DNA of 63,429 nucleotides, the filler included, from Chiloscyllium plagiosum (taxonomy: Eukaryota), in the NCBI RefSeq assembly GCF_004010195.1. It is 4 parts of one record of this genome, joined end to end, with 100 filler letters (N's around TTAATTAATTAA, not from the genome) between each part and the next. Parts side by side here need not be neighbours in the genome. Positions count along the whole stretch, not along the records: positions 1 to 16,681 come from NC_057714.1; 3 more parts are not named here. The stretch is one strand, 5' to 3'. Below the pieces are notes generated by a model. The model had not been told where the DNA came from, made no database searches, and saw nothing but the letters and a program-made list of their open reading frames with translations. A program made the position numbers and the translations under genes. This document shows, piece after piece, positions 1 through 13,274 of this stretch. The number at the start of each line of letters is the position of its first letter. Positions within the stretch are counted from its first letter, which is position 1.

Positions 1-737
1 TGGAGTGGGTGTGATGGTGGGGGGAATGGGGGTAGAGTCATGAGCAGGGGTGGTGTTCCCCTCGGGGTTCTGGGGGGTGGGGATAGTGACAGTGGGGTCT
101 GTGGGGGGCGTGTCAGCAGAAGCGTTGGTGGGGACGGAAGTGGTGGCAGACACGGCAGTAGGGGTGGCGGAAGTCACTGAGCGTGTGGCATCGGCGATGA
201 TGTGAGGGCTGGAAGTGGCTGTGGGAGTGGCCATGATAGGGGCAGAAGTGACATCATCAATAAGCGTGGGGGTGGTAGCTGCATCAGCCGCATGGCTGGG
301 GAATCTTTCCGAGGCCAGGGGAATCTTCTGGAATGTTCGAGGAATGTTGAGATGGAATTGAAATACTGGTTGTTGAGAGTATGAATTCTCCTGAGGATGT
401 AGTACAGAGTGGGTCCTTTGCAATTCTGAGAGAGTGTGGCCCTCAGCTGAGGCAGGGCTGACTGTAGAGAGGTTAGGTACCGGTGCATTGCTGCAAGCGT
501 GGAGCGGAGGATCTTGATGGAGAACCGTTGCTGGTGTTTTTGAATCTGTAGTCTGTACTGTCTGTCCTGTTCGGGTCCGAACTCTGCTGGTTTAAAGGTG
601 GTCCGGAGTCCGTGTGGGATGAGTTGGTTACGGAGACAGGCACTGAGGAAGCAAATGTGGCTGTGATAGCGAGTTTGTTTCAGGACATGGTTGAAGAGCT
701 TCAGGGCTGAGGAAATGACCTGGGAGTTAGGACACAC
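1..737 (-). mobile_element. Penelope-like element, N-terminal ORF region
   Basis: ORF 174-737 has the motif R..SH..FL..CL...LIP.GL typical of PLE ORF N-termini, followed by a Pro/Thr-rich low-complexity linker. Confidence 0.7.
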
Positions 738-1949
738 CAGCAGCTTGGAAGTTCTCCGATAGACACTGGCACTATTAACTCAGTTTCTCTCTCTAAAGAT
801 GCTGCATGACCTGAATAATTGCTGCACTTTCTATTTTTTGCTTTCCAGTTTCTGTATGATACAAGTGCATATAAATCTATATAATATGCACTTTTCCTAA
901 GTGCATGTGAATGTATAGTCTAACATTGTTGTTCAAGTTTTAAACGTGGCATTTCTTCATCCTGTGGTACAACATTTCAGGAATTCTACCTAAAATCTAC
1001 TGCATTCTTATTCGAAAACAGTAACCACAAATCTTGTGCTGTGCAACAAATCAGCTATCTTGCACTGTTAACATGTCCTGAGACTCTTCACAAAAATCAA
1101 AAAGCTAAGGTACTTTTGCTCAAATTCATGATTAACCTAGTAAAACTGTTAAAAGCAAAATGATGTCTGAAAAAGCTCGAAATGTTACAAGTACAAAAAT
1201 GTATTTAATGCTCAAGTTACTTATGTTATTAACAAATTATTAATTTCAGATTAAATTTGTGGAAGTAATTTAAATTACATGCTTTCACACAACATTTAAA
1301 ACTATTTTCTTTAAATCAGTGCTTTCATACATATTTAGTTTGCATTACTTGCTTCAGTGAATGTATTTGTAGTTGTCAATGTCAGAAGACCAGTAAACTA
1401 AGCATTTGTAGCACTCACTGGTACCATCAAAATCAGTTAGAATACACCTGGATGCTGTGGAATGTTTTAATTTCTCTGGCTGATCAGGAAGCTGTAGCAG
1501 TAAACTCTGCAGCGTATCTTATGCTATGTTAATTTTTTTGTCATGTCTGAGTGCATGTCTCAGAGTTATTGAAGATACAGCTAGGGGGCATTGAAACACT
1601 AAAATTAAGTGATGGAAGGAGAGAGCAGAAAGCTTCTTCAATTATACTCAAAATTTCTCATTCTACAAATCACAAATAGTCTCAAGTACTGATTACTACT
1701 GATCAATTTTGGTTAGTTTAAACAGCTACAGTCAAGTGAGACAGGAGAAGTAGTTGCTTAAGGATCAAGTGTCAAAGAATGTTTCACTGGCACTAAAGAC
1801 CAAGATATTCAAGCTCCTAAATATTCAGTGGTGGGGAGGAATATGCTTTACAGACAAATAACAAGACAGTGTGAATGGATTCCTTGTTGAATATCCAACT
1901 GCCATTATTGGTCCAAGTTTATACATAAATAACCATCAAGGAAGGATAT

Positions 1950-2400
1950 TATAAATGAATCTAAAGACTAGGAACCTTCACAAAATGATAGGAACCATTC
2001 CTTGGGAAGCATGTCAAATTGAAAATCAAGGATAACACGAAGACTGGACCATGGCCTTCCACAATTAGATTGAAGGTTGAGGCAGAATGAGAGAGGCTGG
2101 TGAAGACAGTAGTCCTTGAACCCATAGATAAGTGTGACTTGGTCACACTTATTGTACCAATAATAAAGAGGAGAGAGACTGGTAACTCATTTGCAGTAAT
2201 TTTAAGTTCGCTGTTAACCTGGTACCAGGTGCTCAACAATATCCTTTGCCTTCAATTAATGACCTCTTGATGACTCATGGTGGAGAGAGGGTGTGGGATG
2301 TGTGTAAGTAAAATATTGAGATCAGTCAAGCCTACACCCTGATGAATGCAGATTCTCAGTCACAGAAATACTTGACAATCCTAATTCAAAGACTACTGCA
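1950..2400 (+). mobile_element. Degenerate Gypsy LTR retrotransposon RT fragment
   Basis: Broken translation reads KVEAE*ERLV...LIVPIIK...FKFAVN...QYPLPSINDL...ISQAY...SQKYLTI. Confidence 0.65.
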
Positions 2401-3834
2401 TGGTAATAGTTGATCTCATGTAAAAAATCAACCCCCTACCTTTGGTCAAAAAATCTGGAATTTTCCATATATCTCATGGTAAAATCAACCCCTTACAGCT
2501 GTACTGAGGGAGGATATTCCTGGAAATACATCCAGGGAAGTTATTTGGGAGGAACTAAGAGGGATGATAACCTTATTGGGATTGTATTATAGACCCCCTA
2601 ATAGTCAGAGGGAAATTGAGAAACAAGCTTGCAAGGAGATCTCAGCTATCTGTAAGAATAATAGGGTGGTTATGGTAAGGGATTTTAACTTTCCAAACAT
2701 AGACTGGGACTGCCATAGTGTTAAGGGTTTAGATGGAGAGGAATTTGTTAAGCATGTACAAGAAAATTTTCTGATTCAGTATGTGGATGTACCTACTAGA
2801 GAAGGTGCAAAACTTCATCTACTCTTGGGAAATAAGGCAGGGCTGGTGACTGAGGTGTCAGTGGGGGAGCACTTTGGGGCCAGCTACCCTAATTCAATTA
2901 GTTTTAAAATAGTGGTGGAAAAGGATAGACTGGATCTAAAAGTTGAAGTTCTAAATTGGAGAAAGGCCAATTTTGACAGTATTAGGCAAAAACATTCAAA
3001 AGCTGATTGGGAACAGATATTCACAGGTAAAGGAATGGGTGGAAAAAGGAAAGCCTTCAGAAATTAGATAACAAGAGTCCACAGACAGTATATTCATGTT
3101 AGAGTGAAATGAAAGGCTGGGAGATGTATGGAATGCTAAGTGACTAAAAAAATTGAGGGTTTGGTTTAGAAAAAGAAGGAAGGAAGATATGTAAGGTATA
3201 GACAGGATAGAGTGAGTGAATCCTTAGAAGAGTATGAAAGTCGTAGAAGTATACTTAAGACAGAAATCAGGAGGGCAAAAAGGGGACATGAGGTAGCTTT
3301 GGCAAATAAAGCTAAGGAGAATTCAAAGGGTTTTTACAAATACATTAAGGACAAAAGGGTAACTAGGGAGCGAATAGGGGCCCCCAAAGATCAGCAACGT
3401 GGCCTTTGTGTGGAGCCGCAGGAGATACTAAATGAGTATTTGGCATCAGTATTTACTGTGGAAATGGACACGGAAGATATAGACTGTAAGGAAATAGATA
3501 ATGCCTTCTTGAAAAATGTCCATATTACTGAGGAAGTGCTAGATGTCTTGAAACACAAAAGTGGATAAATCCCCAGGACCTGATCAGGTGTACCTTAGAA
3601 CTCTGTGGGAAGCTAAAGTAAAATAGTGATTGTTGGGCCTCTTACAGAGGTATTTGTATCATCGATAGTCACAGGTGAGGTGCCGGAAGACTGGAGGTTG
3701 GCTAATATGGTGCCACTGTTTAAGAAAGGTGGTAAGGACAAGCCAGGGGACTATAGACCAGTGAGCCGGACGTCGGTAGTGGGCAGGTTGTTGGAGGGAA
3801 TCCTGAAGAACAGGATGTACATTTATTTGGGAAG

Positions 3835-4109
3835 TTGAAACTTTATTGCTGGAACAGCACAGCAGGTCAGGCAGCATCCAGGGAACAGGAGATTCGACGT
3901 TTCGGGCACAGGCCCTTCTTCAGGAATGACCTTCAAGGATGCCTTCCTTGAAGAAGCTCTCTGCCTCTCTCATCATTCCTGAAGAAGGGCCTGTGCCCGA
4001 AACGTCGAATCTCCTGTTCCCTGGATGCTGCCTGACCTGCTGTGCTGTTCCAGCAATAAAGTTCCAACTTTGATCTCCAGCATCTGCAGACCTCACTTTC
4101 TCCTCGAAG
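3835..4109. mobile_element. PLE-terminus-derived fold-back mini-insertion with 14-bp TSD
   Basis: 98-bp inverted arms at 3832-3929 and 3973-4070 (1 mismatch). TSD ATTTATTTGGGAAG at 3821-3834 and 4110-4123. Confidence 0.9.
3975..4010 (+). ncRNA. Minimal hammerhead ribozyme motif (mirror copy on minus strand at 3892-3927)
   Basis: AUUC-CUGAAGA-A-GGGC(CUGU)GCCC-GAAA-CG-UC-GAAU: core boxes, 4-bp stem II, 4-bp stem I and vestigial stem III. Confidence 0.75.
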
Positions 4110-4860
4110 ATTTATTTGGGAAGGCAAGGACTGATTAGGGATAGTCAACATGGCTTTATGTGTGGGAAATCCTGTCTCACGAACTGATTGGAGTTTCTTG
4201 AAGTAACAAAATGGATTGATGAGGGCAGAGCAGTAGATGTGATCTAATTGGACTTCAGTAAGGCGTTCGACAAGTTAGATGGTACTCTACGAGAATTGAA
4301 GATTTTGGCCTATGAGTGAAGATAGATTAAAGTGAATTTTCTAAACCTCATAATATTTAGGCTATGTCATTACGTCAATGGACTAAAGAAGTCACCTTCA
4401 AAAGTATAGCAAACATCCTAATTAATGCTCCCACACCTAAAATGTAAACTGACTAATATTTGTTTTTGGGCTTGCTAAATGACTACGGCAGTTTTGTCCC
4501 AAATCTTGCAACCGTTTTGAAGCTGTTGCACAATTTATTACACTATAACAAGAATTGGAAATGAGAAGATCAATGTGAAAGAGCCTTTACACATGTCAAG
4601 TGAGCACTATTAAAATATGAAGTCCTGGTCTAATTGGAGTCAAAGCTGTCAGTGCAACTAGCATGTGAAAATCAGTATATGGAGTGAGTGAGAGGTGAAG
4701 AGAAGACAGTAACTATTGTATCAAAAAAAAATTCTGAAAACCCAGAGTGGAGCAAGACAGACTGGAAGACCTGGCGTGCGAAAGCTCTTGTATCAAGAGC
4801 TTTAAAAAAAAACAAAACAAAATTAACTATGCAAAGATAGAGAAAGCAGCTCTAGATCGT

Positions 4861-5160
4861 GGGCGGTACGGTGGCACAGTGGTTAGCACTGCTGCCTCAC
4901 AGCGCCAGAGACCCGGGTTCAATTCCCGCCTCAGGCGACTGACTGTGTGGAGTTTGCACGTTCTCCCCATGTCTGCGTGGGTTTCCTCCGGGTGCTCCGG
5001 TTTCCTCCCACAGTCCAAAGATGTGCAGGTCAGGTGAATTGGCCACGCTAAATTGCCTGTAGTGTTAGGTAAGGGGTAAATGTATGGGTGGGTTGCGCTT
5101 CGGCGGGGCGGTGTGGACTTGTTGGGCCGAAGGGCCTGTTTCCACACTAAGTAATCTAAT
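4861..5160 (+). mobile_element. HE1-like tRNA-derived V-SINE, full length
   Basis: A box TGGCACAGTGG, B box GGTTCAATTCC, V-domain TGTGTGGAGTTTGCACGTTCTCCCC and CR1-like tail GGGCCGAAGGGCCTGTTTCC. Confidence 0.9.
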
Positions 5161-5520
5161 ATCACGTTTTGCATTGCACAATTCACCCATACCTGTATGG
5201 TCAGGAATTTACCCCAATAGACATCAGACAATTGACCATAGTATCTGTGCCTTGTACAGGGGTACCTTCTCTAGCAGTGAGCCATATGCAGAGATGGGCA
5301 TTGTTGCTATCAACTCACAGTTACACAATTAAGTACAGTTTGTTCTGCTATAACATGCATTTCGTCAGTACAAATTGGCTACAATGCAATTGACCAATTA
5401 TGGACATTGTTCGGATAACGTGAACTTTGTACTGGACAGATATAGCGATTTTCAATTAGCGATCCTTTCCAGCATGATTTTCTACAGCGCAAGATTACAG
5501 AGGAATATAACTTTTTTTAA

Positions 5521-5827
5521 AGATTAGATTCCCGACAGTGCGGAAACAGGCCCTTCGGCCCAACTAGTCCACACTGACCCTCTGAAGAGTAACCCACCCA
5601 GACCCATTTTCCTTTGACTAATGCACCTAACACTATGGGCAATTTACCATGGCCAAATCAACTCACCTGCACATCTTTGGAGTGAGGGAGGAAACTGGAG
5701 CACCCGGAGGAAACCCACGCAGACACGGAGGGAATGTGCAAACTCCACACAGACAGTTGTCTGAGGCTAGAATTGAACCTGGTACCCTGGTGCCATCAGG
5801 CAACAGTGACAACCACTGAGCCACTGC
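5521..5827 (-). mobile_element. HE1-like V-SINE
   Basis: Reverse complement of the SINE at 4861-5160. Confidence 0.88.
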
Positions 5828-8800
5828 GTTATAGCAGAATGACCTGTATTGGCAAGCCAGCTTACAAGGGAATGCTAAAGGCTCTCTAGATTACCTAGTG
5901 ATGAGTTATCTACAAATAGTATGCCTGTAGATATTTTCCACATTTTTGATCACTCTTGTTGACAACTAATGTACTATAGATAACAGCAATTGAAGATACA
6001 CAAATAACTGTGCCAAGTACAGACTTAGATATACCCAATGACAGAAAAAAATCACTGGAATATCTAAAGGGAGACAGAACTTTAGCAGAGAATACCACAA
6101 CAGTGCAAACTTCCGAACATTCAGTCATCTCAAGAAAATACAACAAGTGATGTTCCTAGAATACCTAAAATACCAGAGGTTAAAGCCAATGAGAAAAACA
6201 GATGCTCGAGTATACTGACAGCCACACAGGAATAGATATCTTCCACAACGTCTTACCTACTGATTATTGTGAATATCTTCATTGCAGGAACCTTTGATGT
6301 AAAGGGCAAGGGATGTTATATATTTGTCTAAACATGATGGACCATCACTTAAAGAATCTCATCATTGACTTTTTTGGGCAGCAAACAGCTTAGTCTAACC
6401 TTGGTGCCTGTAGAATGAACACCTCAAAAGCTCCTGCAATTTAATGCTTCGGCCTCTTGGTTGTTCTTGGAACTTAACACGTTTAAAAAATAGGCCTTCC
6501 GTTAAGTTGTTTGAACATGTAAATAATTGGATGGTTGGTTAAGAGTGAAACCACAAAATACAGCATATTTAGATTTTAAAGCACATTCGATAAGATGCCA
6601 CTCAAGAGTGAAAGTATTAAATGTAGATTAAGCCAAATTGCCTACTCTAGTTCCTTTTTTTCTGCAAGGATGTACATGAACTTTGAACTAAAGGTGAAGG
6701 ATTGGCATAGATACCAACTTCTCAAACCACTTCCAACTCTACAACTCCTATATCTGTGCCTCTGCAATTCAGGCCCCAGTTATCTCCAATTTCCTTTGTT
6801 CAAATGTTGATAGCTGTATCTCGAGCTACAGATATCAATTTCTGGAATTTCCTTTCTAAACCTCTGTCCTTTTACCTTTTTCACCTACGCAACTCCCTAA
6901 CATTTACCTCTGAACAAGGTATTGGTCACCTGTTCTAATATATGTCAGATTGTGCCTGAGGTGTCTGATAATGCTCTCAAAGCATTATAGTAAAATGTCT
7001 TATGTTGAATGTGCTACATAAATGCAAGTTGTTGTAGAAAGTCAGTCATTCAGAATGAGATTGCTGGAACACCAAGTTATCCAGTGTTAATATCACTTAC
7101 AGTTTAATGGAAAAGTAGTTGGTAAAAAAAAAAGTCCCTTTCCAAAATGCATACTTGCTTCTCTGCTAATACCAATAAGCAACCATTTTGCAATAAAGGG
7201 AGAGAATGCCAATTAACAAGTATCTCAGCCATTCAAGTACAAATTGCTTGAAGATGCTGCGGTTCTAAAGATGACTTGTAGTCATGATAGTCAAAACAAA
7301 TTATTGTAAATGGTGAAGGAAAATTTCTCAACTTGATACATTGTGATCTGTTCAGAGAATGATACTAATAAGGGTCCCAAAGAGCTTGATATTAACATGT
7401 TATAACGGCAATGTCCTTGACCAGGAGAATGGTTACATTTCTCTTGATACATAACTCAAAAGTTTGAATTTTATGTCAAAACTGGGAAATACACACACCA
7501 ATGTATATTTGTTACAGACTGTTTCTCTTGCCAAGCAGCAATGACTGCAAAAGATTATTACTGTAATTTTTAAAATTATTCTACTCTTCCTCCAAAATAA
7601 AGTTAGAAAATACAGAAGCGAAGTGCTATTGCTATGCATATCAATGACTTGTTTAAATTATTTGGCCTTCTTACACAGTTTTAAACTCGCCTTGGAATGG
7701 TTCATCTTCCAGCATCCAAATTATTACATCTGCAGATATCCTTGCTCCCCTTCCATTTAGGCACCACTATTCAGTGAAAAGTTGTCATGTTTCATATATA
7801 CATTGAGAACACCTTACTCTCTCACCATCCTCTTTCTTAATTCCTACTTAATGTTTAATGTTAAGAGTCCATGCTCAACAGCTGTTCTGGAGGAGCTGAA
7901 CTTTACTCCAACTAACCGTCGTTAGGAATGAAGCAATTGTCTTCTGCTCCTATCATGAATGCTTTCTCCTTGTCACTGATTCTATGCTTCACCGTGGATA
8001 GTTTCGGACTGAATGTTTGTAATGTTGGCAACTATTGATATGGACCTGAATCTATGAACACTATGTCCTCTAGCACTACGGCCACTGATTTCAATCTTGC
8101 CCATTTCCACCAACCCTTCACACATGCCTTTCTTACACCCACCCCACTTTTTGACTGGTCTCATCTGTTCATGCTTTTCTAGCTAACCACCTATCATGCA
8201 CACCTACAAATTTGGGTTTATCTACTGTGCGTACAATAACTCTAAGTTTTGTTTATTCAACATTCCTGTGTTCACTGATATATTGGTTCACAGTCCAGTA
8301 ATGCTATAATTTTACACTTGTCTGCCTTCCTTTCAATCTCTCCATTGCTTTGCTCCTTCCTATTCCCAACCACCTCCTATCTTCAGCAACCAGCTTCTCC
8401 TGCATTCCCCAGATGTCTTGACCTAGAATGGGTAAGTGTGTCTCGGGGTCCCAAACTCTGCAAATTCATCCTTAACTCACTCCAAATCACACTGCCCAAA
8501 CAATTCATCACATGACCTTACATCATCTTTAGCACAGTATTATGTTGTGCTCGATTCTACTACTGTGAAGTGCTAAGGTCACTGTACTTATTTAAAATGC
8601 AGGGTGCTATTATCATAGAGGCAAAGCAAATTCAGTATTTGCCACTGCATATGCTAATCCCAAAACCATGCATGCATCCAATTCCAGAAATGCTGTGTCA
8701 TGTAGGATTCCAATGATGTCATGAGCAGAAAAGAAATGGGTTAGGGAAATGGAGTTCAGAGGGTAAAGTGAGCCAGTCAGGGCAGGAGGATGAGAAAAGT

Positions 8801-9319
8801 TGTAGTGCCATTAAGGAACAGGTCCATGATTTTGACACAGTAAGAGTGAGTACAGTTCTAAAATCAAGATGGCGTGGGGCTAGGAGGATGACTTGTAGGT
8901 GTTGGTGTTCCTATGCATCTATTACACCTGTCCTTCTAACTGATAGAGGTCACAGGTTTGTTTGAAGTTGGGATTGTTCTCACTGATGAGATGACGATGG
9001 AGGAAATCTGATAAAGGTTTTCAGAATCACGAGTGGACTGGATAGAGCAGACACAAAGAAGCTGCTCCTGCTCATCAATGAATAACAGATGACAGAGATT
9101 TAAAATGATGTGGAAATGAACCAAGGGTAATGCAAAAAAACTTTTTTCACATAAGTGAGTAGCTAGGATATGGAATGCACTGCCTGGGAATATGGACGCC
9201 AGCTCACTTGAGACATTCAAGAGGTCATTATGATATTTGGAAGAAATGGTATGCAGCGGAGTGGCAACCAACTGCCTTTATGAATAATTGCAGTCTCTTG
9301 TGGTGTAGCCTTACTCTCT

Positions 9320-9482
9320 GTGAGGAGAAAGGGAGGACAGCAGATGCTAGCGATCAGAGTCAAATAGGTTGGTACTGGAAAAGCACAGCTGGTCACATCA
9401 GGAAGAGCTAATGCTCAAAATGTCGACTCTCCTGCTCCTTAGATGCTGCCTGACCGGCAATGCTTTCCAGCACTACACTTGC
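9320..9482. mobile_element. Older PLE-terminus fold-back mini-insertion
   Basis: CTGGAAAAGCACAGCTGGTCA versus TGACCGGCAATGCTTTCCAG in inverted orientation. Imperfect TSD CTTACTCTCT (9310) / CTTACCCTCT (9485). Confidence 0.65.
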
Positions 9483-9504
9483 CTCTTACCCTCTTTGCTG
9501 TCAT

Positions 9505-9830
9505 GCTTGTTCACGAGATGCAGATGTCACTGGATGGGCCAGCACCTGTTACCCATCCCAGCAGTTAAAAGTCAACCACATCGCTGAGGATTGACAGTCA
9601 CATGTAGGTCAGAACAGGTCAGTACAGCAAGTTTCCTTTCCTAAAGGATATTAATGAACTGGGTATTTACAGCAATTTTTAATGGTTACATACATGTTGT
9701 TAGGCGGTCTCTTATTCTACGTTGTTACGGAATTCAAGTTTCACCATGTGCCATGGCGCAATTTGAACTCACCATATCTCAAAATATTAGCCTACAGTTC
9801 TGGATTACTTGTCCACTAGCATTACAACTT
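9505..9830 (-). mobile_element. Degenerate tRNA-derived SINE (same family as 54500-55175)
   Basis: B-box-like ATTTGAACTC (reverse), with body and tail similar to 54500-55175. Confidence 0.55.
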
Positions 9831-10889
9831 TCCTGCCAACTCCCCCATTTTGACCAAACAGTGAAGGCTGGTAATACAATCTCAAAACAAGATGGCATGT
9901 AATTTGGAAGAGAACTTGCAGCTTGTGGTGTTCCCATAACATAAGGAGTAGGCATAGGTCACAGATTGTTCCATGACTCAGCAAGATCATTCCTGCAGTT
10001 ATTTTGGCCTCAGCTCTACTTTCTTGCCAGATTCACATAACCCTGTAGCTCAAAATCTGTCAATTTCCACGTATAGTAAATGATTCAACCTCTTTGGAAT
10101 AGAGAATTCCAAAGCTTCCTAATCCTCAGAGAAGGAATTCCTCACTTCCATTTTAAAAGTACACTTCCTTATTTAGAAATTGGATACAAGCTTATAATTA
10201 AGTAGGCCACTTGACCCTACTCTCTATCACTGCCTTAAGTATACTCAAAGACTTTTGCAGAAGCAATCTAAACAGAATTATTCCAATCTGTTTTAAATAG
10301 CAATCACTTAGTTTTAAAACACAAATGACTTTTAGTTCTACATTCTCCCATTAGAGGAAACAGGATTTCCACATCCATTCTGTCATGACCCCTTGGGATC
10401 TTGTGTTTCAATCAAACAGCTTCTTACTCTAAGTGATAATAGATACAATCCTAGTTTGACTAATCTTTCTTTATTAGACAACCCACCCATTTCAAGTACT
10501 CATCTGATAAAACATGCACTGCTTCCAGTACATTTACAGCCTTCCTTAAATAAAAGGTAGCCAGTACTCTACATTCTCCAGATTTGGTTCCCTGAATGCC
10601 CTGCATAAATGAAGCATAACCTTTCATATTCAATGAGTGCAATGAGTGATAATGTTACATTAGCTTTTCCAATTCTTTGCTGTTCTTGCACCCTAAGGGG
10701 CTTAAATTCATTGCCAAGGAAAATCACCCTGTCAGTATCCACACTGTCAAACTCCACCAAGAGGACCACCTCTCACTTTTCTAAACTCCATTAAACAAAA
10801 GCCTAACCATCATAAGGCAACCCTTCAAACAGCAAAAATCAACCTTGCAAATCTTCTCTCAACTGCCCCAGTGCAAAGACATCACCGTA

Positions 10890-12580
10890 CTGTCAAACAT
10901 CTACTGCCTCTTGTCATTTTAGTTGGTAGTCACATATTTGGAAAGTGCTACTGAAGGAGCTTTGGTGGACTGCTGCAGTGCTTCTTGCAGAAGGTATACA
11001 CTATTGCCATTATGCACCAGTCGTGGAGGAATTGAATGTTAAATACAGCTAGCAATCAAGCAGGCTGTTTTGCCCTGGATGGTGTCAAGATTACTGTTTT
11101 GTTGGAGTGGCCTCATCCAGGTAAGTTGAAAGCATGCTAGCATGCTCCTTCCTTGTGCTTAAGAGATGTTGGAAAGCTTTAGCAAGTCAGATGGTGTTAG
11201 TCAATCTCTAACCTGCTCCTGTAACCAAAGTACTAATCTAGCTGGTCCTTTTAAGTTTATGGTCAATGGTAATCCTAAATATTCTGACAGTGAAGGATTC
11301 ATAAATGGTGATGCCATTGAACATTCAATAAGATAGCTAGATTCTCTTAGAGATGCTCATTGCTCCTAACCTCCAAGCACTCATTTGCTACTTATCAGCT
11401 TGAGGCTGGATTTTAACCTTAGTTATTGCATGCACAGCTGCAGCTATTAACTTTTCACTTATGAGAAAAGGAAAATCATTGTGAAGCAACTAAAGATGGT
11501 TGGGTAGAGAACATTTTCCTGAAAAAATTCTGCAGTGGAGTCCTGGGACAGAAATTAGCTCTCAAAAACAACATCTTGCTTTCTGATCAGTATGACATCA
11601 CTCAATGGTTTGCCCCATTCTGCTCTCCCAGTTCCCTTGACTTCAATTTTTCTAGGGCTCCTTTATGCCACATCCAGTCAAATACTACCTTAGTGTCATA
11701 GCAGTCAATCTGAATTCACCTTTATAATGCAGCACTTTTACCCATGTCTAGACCAAGGCCAAAATGAGACCTGGAAATGACTGGCCTCAGTGGAACCCAA
11801 ACTGATCATTAATGAGCACATTACTGCTGTGGTAATACTTTGTGAAACCTTCCATCACTTGGAATGTGAATTGAGAATGTAATTGACTAATTTGGATTTA
11901 TGGACAGTACATAGATGGGCAATTTTGAACAATGCCAAGTAGATGTCAATGTTGTAGTTGTACAGGGACAGTTTGACCAAAAGTGTGGGCAGTACTGGAA
12001 CACAAGTCTTCAGTGGTGCAGTTAGACTGCTGACAGCCTTTGCTGGATCAAGACATTTTATCTCATTTTAACTTCACACAGACTGAATGGAATTAGCTGT
12101 AGACTAGGCTAATAACCTAGGAAGCAGAAATGAATCAATCAGTTATTTGACACTTTTGTCTGGAGATGGTTCTAAAATGCTTCTGCCCTGCCTTTTGCAC
12201 TGATAAGTTGGGCTCTACCATTGTTGTGGATGGGGATGTTTGTACAGTCTCTTTCTCTTTCAATTAGTTGTCCATCACCATTCATAACTGGAAGTGGCAA
12301 AAAACTTTGACCAATTGGTTGTGGGACTACTTAGTTCTATCTACAACACATGGCTATTGGTGCTTAGCATACATATAATTCTGTATTGTGGCATCACCAG
12401 GTTTGGTGTCCCACTTTTAGGTATGTTCTCCAATACTATTAAATCACAGCTGTTCCCCTAACTTGATGATAGTGATAAAGCGAGGCCTATGCTGGTTAGT
12501 TTACAGTCAGATATTTTGCTGATCACCTCAGATGCCCAAAATTCTGAGTAGCAATATTATTCTGAACCTATTCCACTTCA
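10890..12580 (-). mobile_element. Old CR1-clade LINE RT region, degenerate
   Basis: Colinear similarity to 49540-52190, for example CACAAGTCTT, TAGACCAA and CATCACCAGGTT blocks. Confidence 0.65.
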
Positions 12581-13274
12581 CAGGAATTTACATAAAAACA
12601 GAAAGAAAAAAGTGGAGAGTAGGGTTTTTTTTGTTCGGACATGAGAATCATTAGAGTATTAACATGACAGTTCCGCTGTCAGCAATGGGCTGCAAACAGG
12701 CTTCCACCCCAGAGATCAGCTGACTAATCAGATTGTCCAGCAGCTCCTTAGTCCCACTGCTAACCAGGACTAGAAATACTGAGTCCCCAGATGTAGAAAG
12801 GGTGTTCCGCTTCACCCCTTCACACCCTAGGCCAGAGCAGGGTACCAGCTTTCCTTACAGACCCTGTCCCTAAAATTCTCCTGCTTGCATCAAAATTGAG
12901 TGGGTCTGAAAAGTGGTCAGTAGTGTAGTTCTCTAAAATTCGGCTCAAAGTGTCAGTTCTTCCTATCAAACAAAAGCAAACTGCTATAGAATAGTAATCT
13001 CTTGTATTGCTTAATACGTAACCCAGCGGTTGCAGGCACTGTTACACAGGTGAATTTAATTGTCATTTTCCAGTCGTCCCAAATAAATTATTTTTGGTAA
13101 AATTAATCTTGATAAATGAAGAAATCAGGAAATTTCCCTGCCACATACATAATCTGAATCAAATGAACAGACAGATATCAGTTTAACATTATATCAAAAG
13201 AATGAACAGTGGTAATGCAGTAAGCTACCCCCACACTGCAGTATCAAACTAACAGCCTTGTCAAGTCTACTTGC

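Larger units (their letters stand above)
2493..4275 (+). mobile_element. CR1 LINE ORF2 fragment (APE C-terminus to RT start), interrupted at 3835-4109
   Basis: YYRPPNS, DFNFPNIDW, VPEDWRLAN.VPLFKKG and YRPVS motifs across frameshifted ORFs. Confidence 0.92.

Noticed and set aside
3832..4070. Pre-miRNA gene or DNA-transposon MITE
   Set aside because: The arm sequence occurs elsewhere as the terminus of PLE coding fragments, and TSD lengths vary between copies (10-14 bp), which fits retrotransposition.
4861..4935. tRNA gene
   Set aside because: The A/B boxes belong to a SINE head continuing into V-domain and LINE tail, and there are several diverged copies.
13194..13274. C-terminal 26 aa of the 673-aa ORF as real coding sequence
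   Set aside because: Similarity to MACC1 ends at the GC donor, so this is probably intron read-through.
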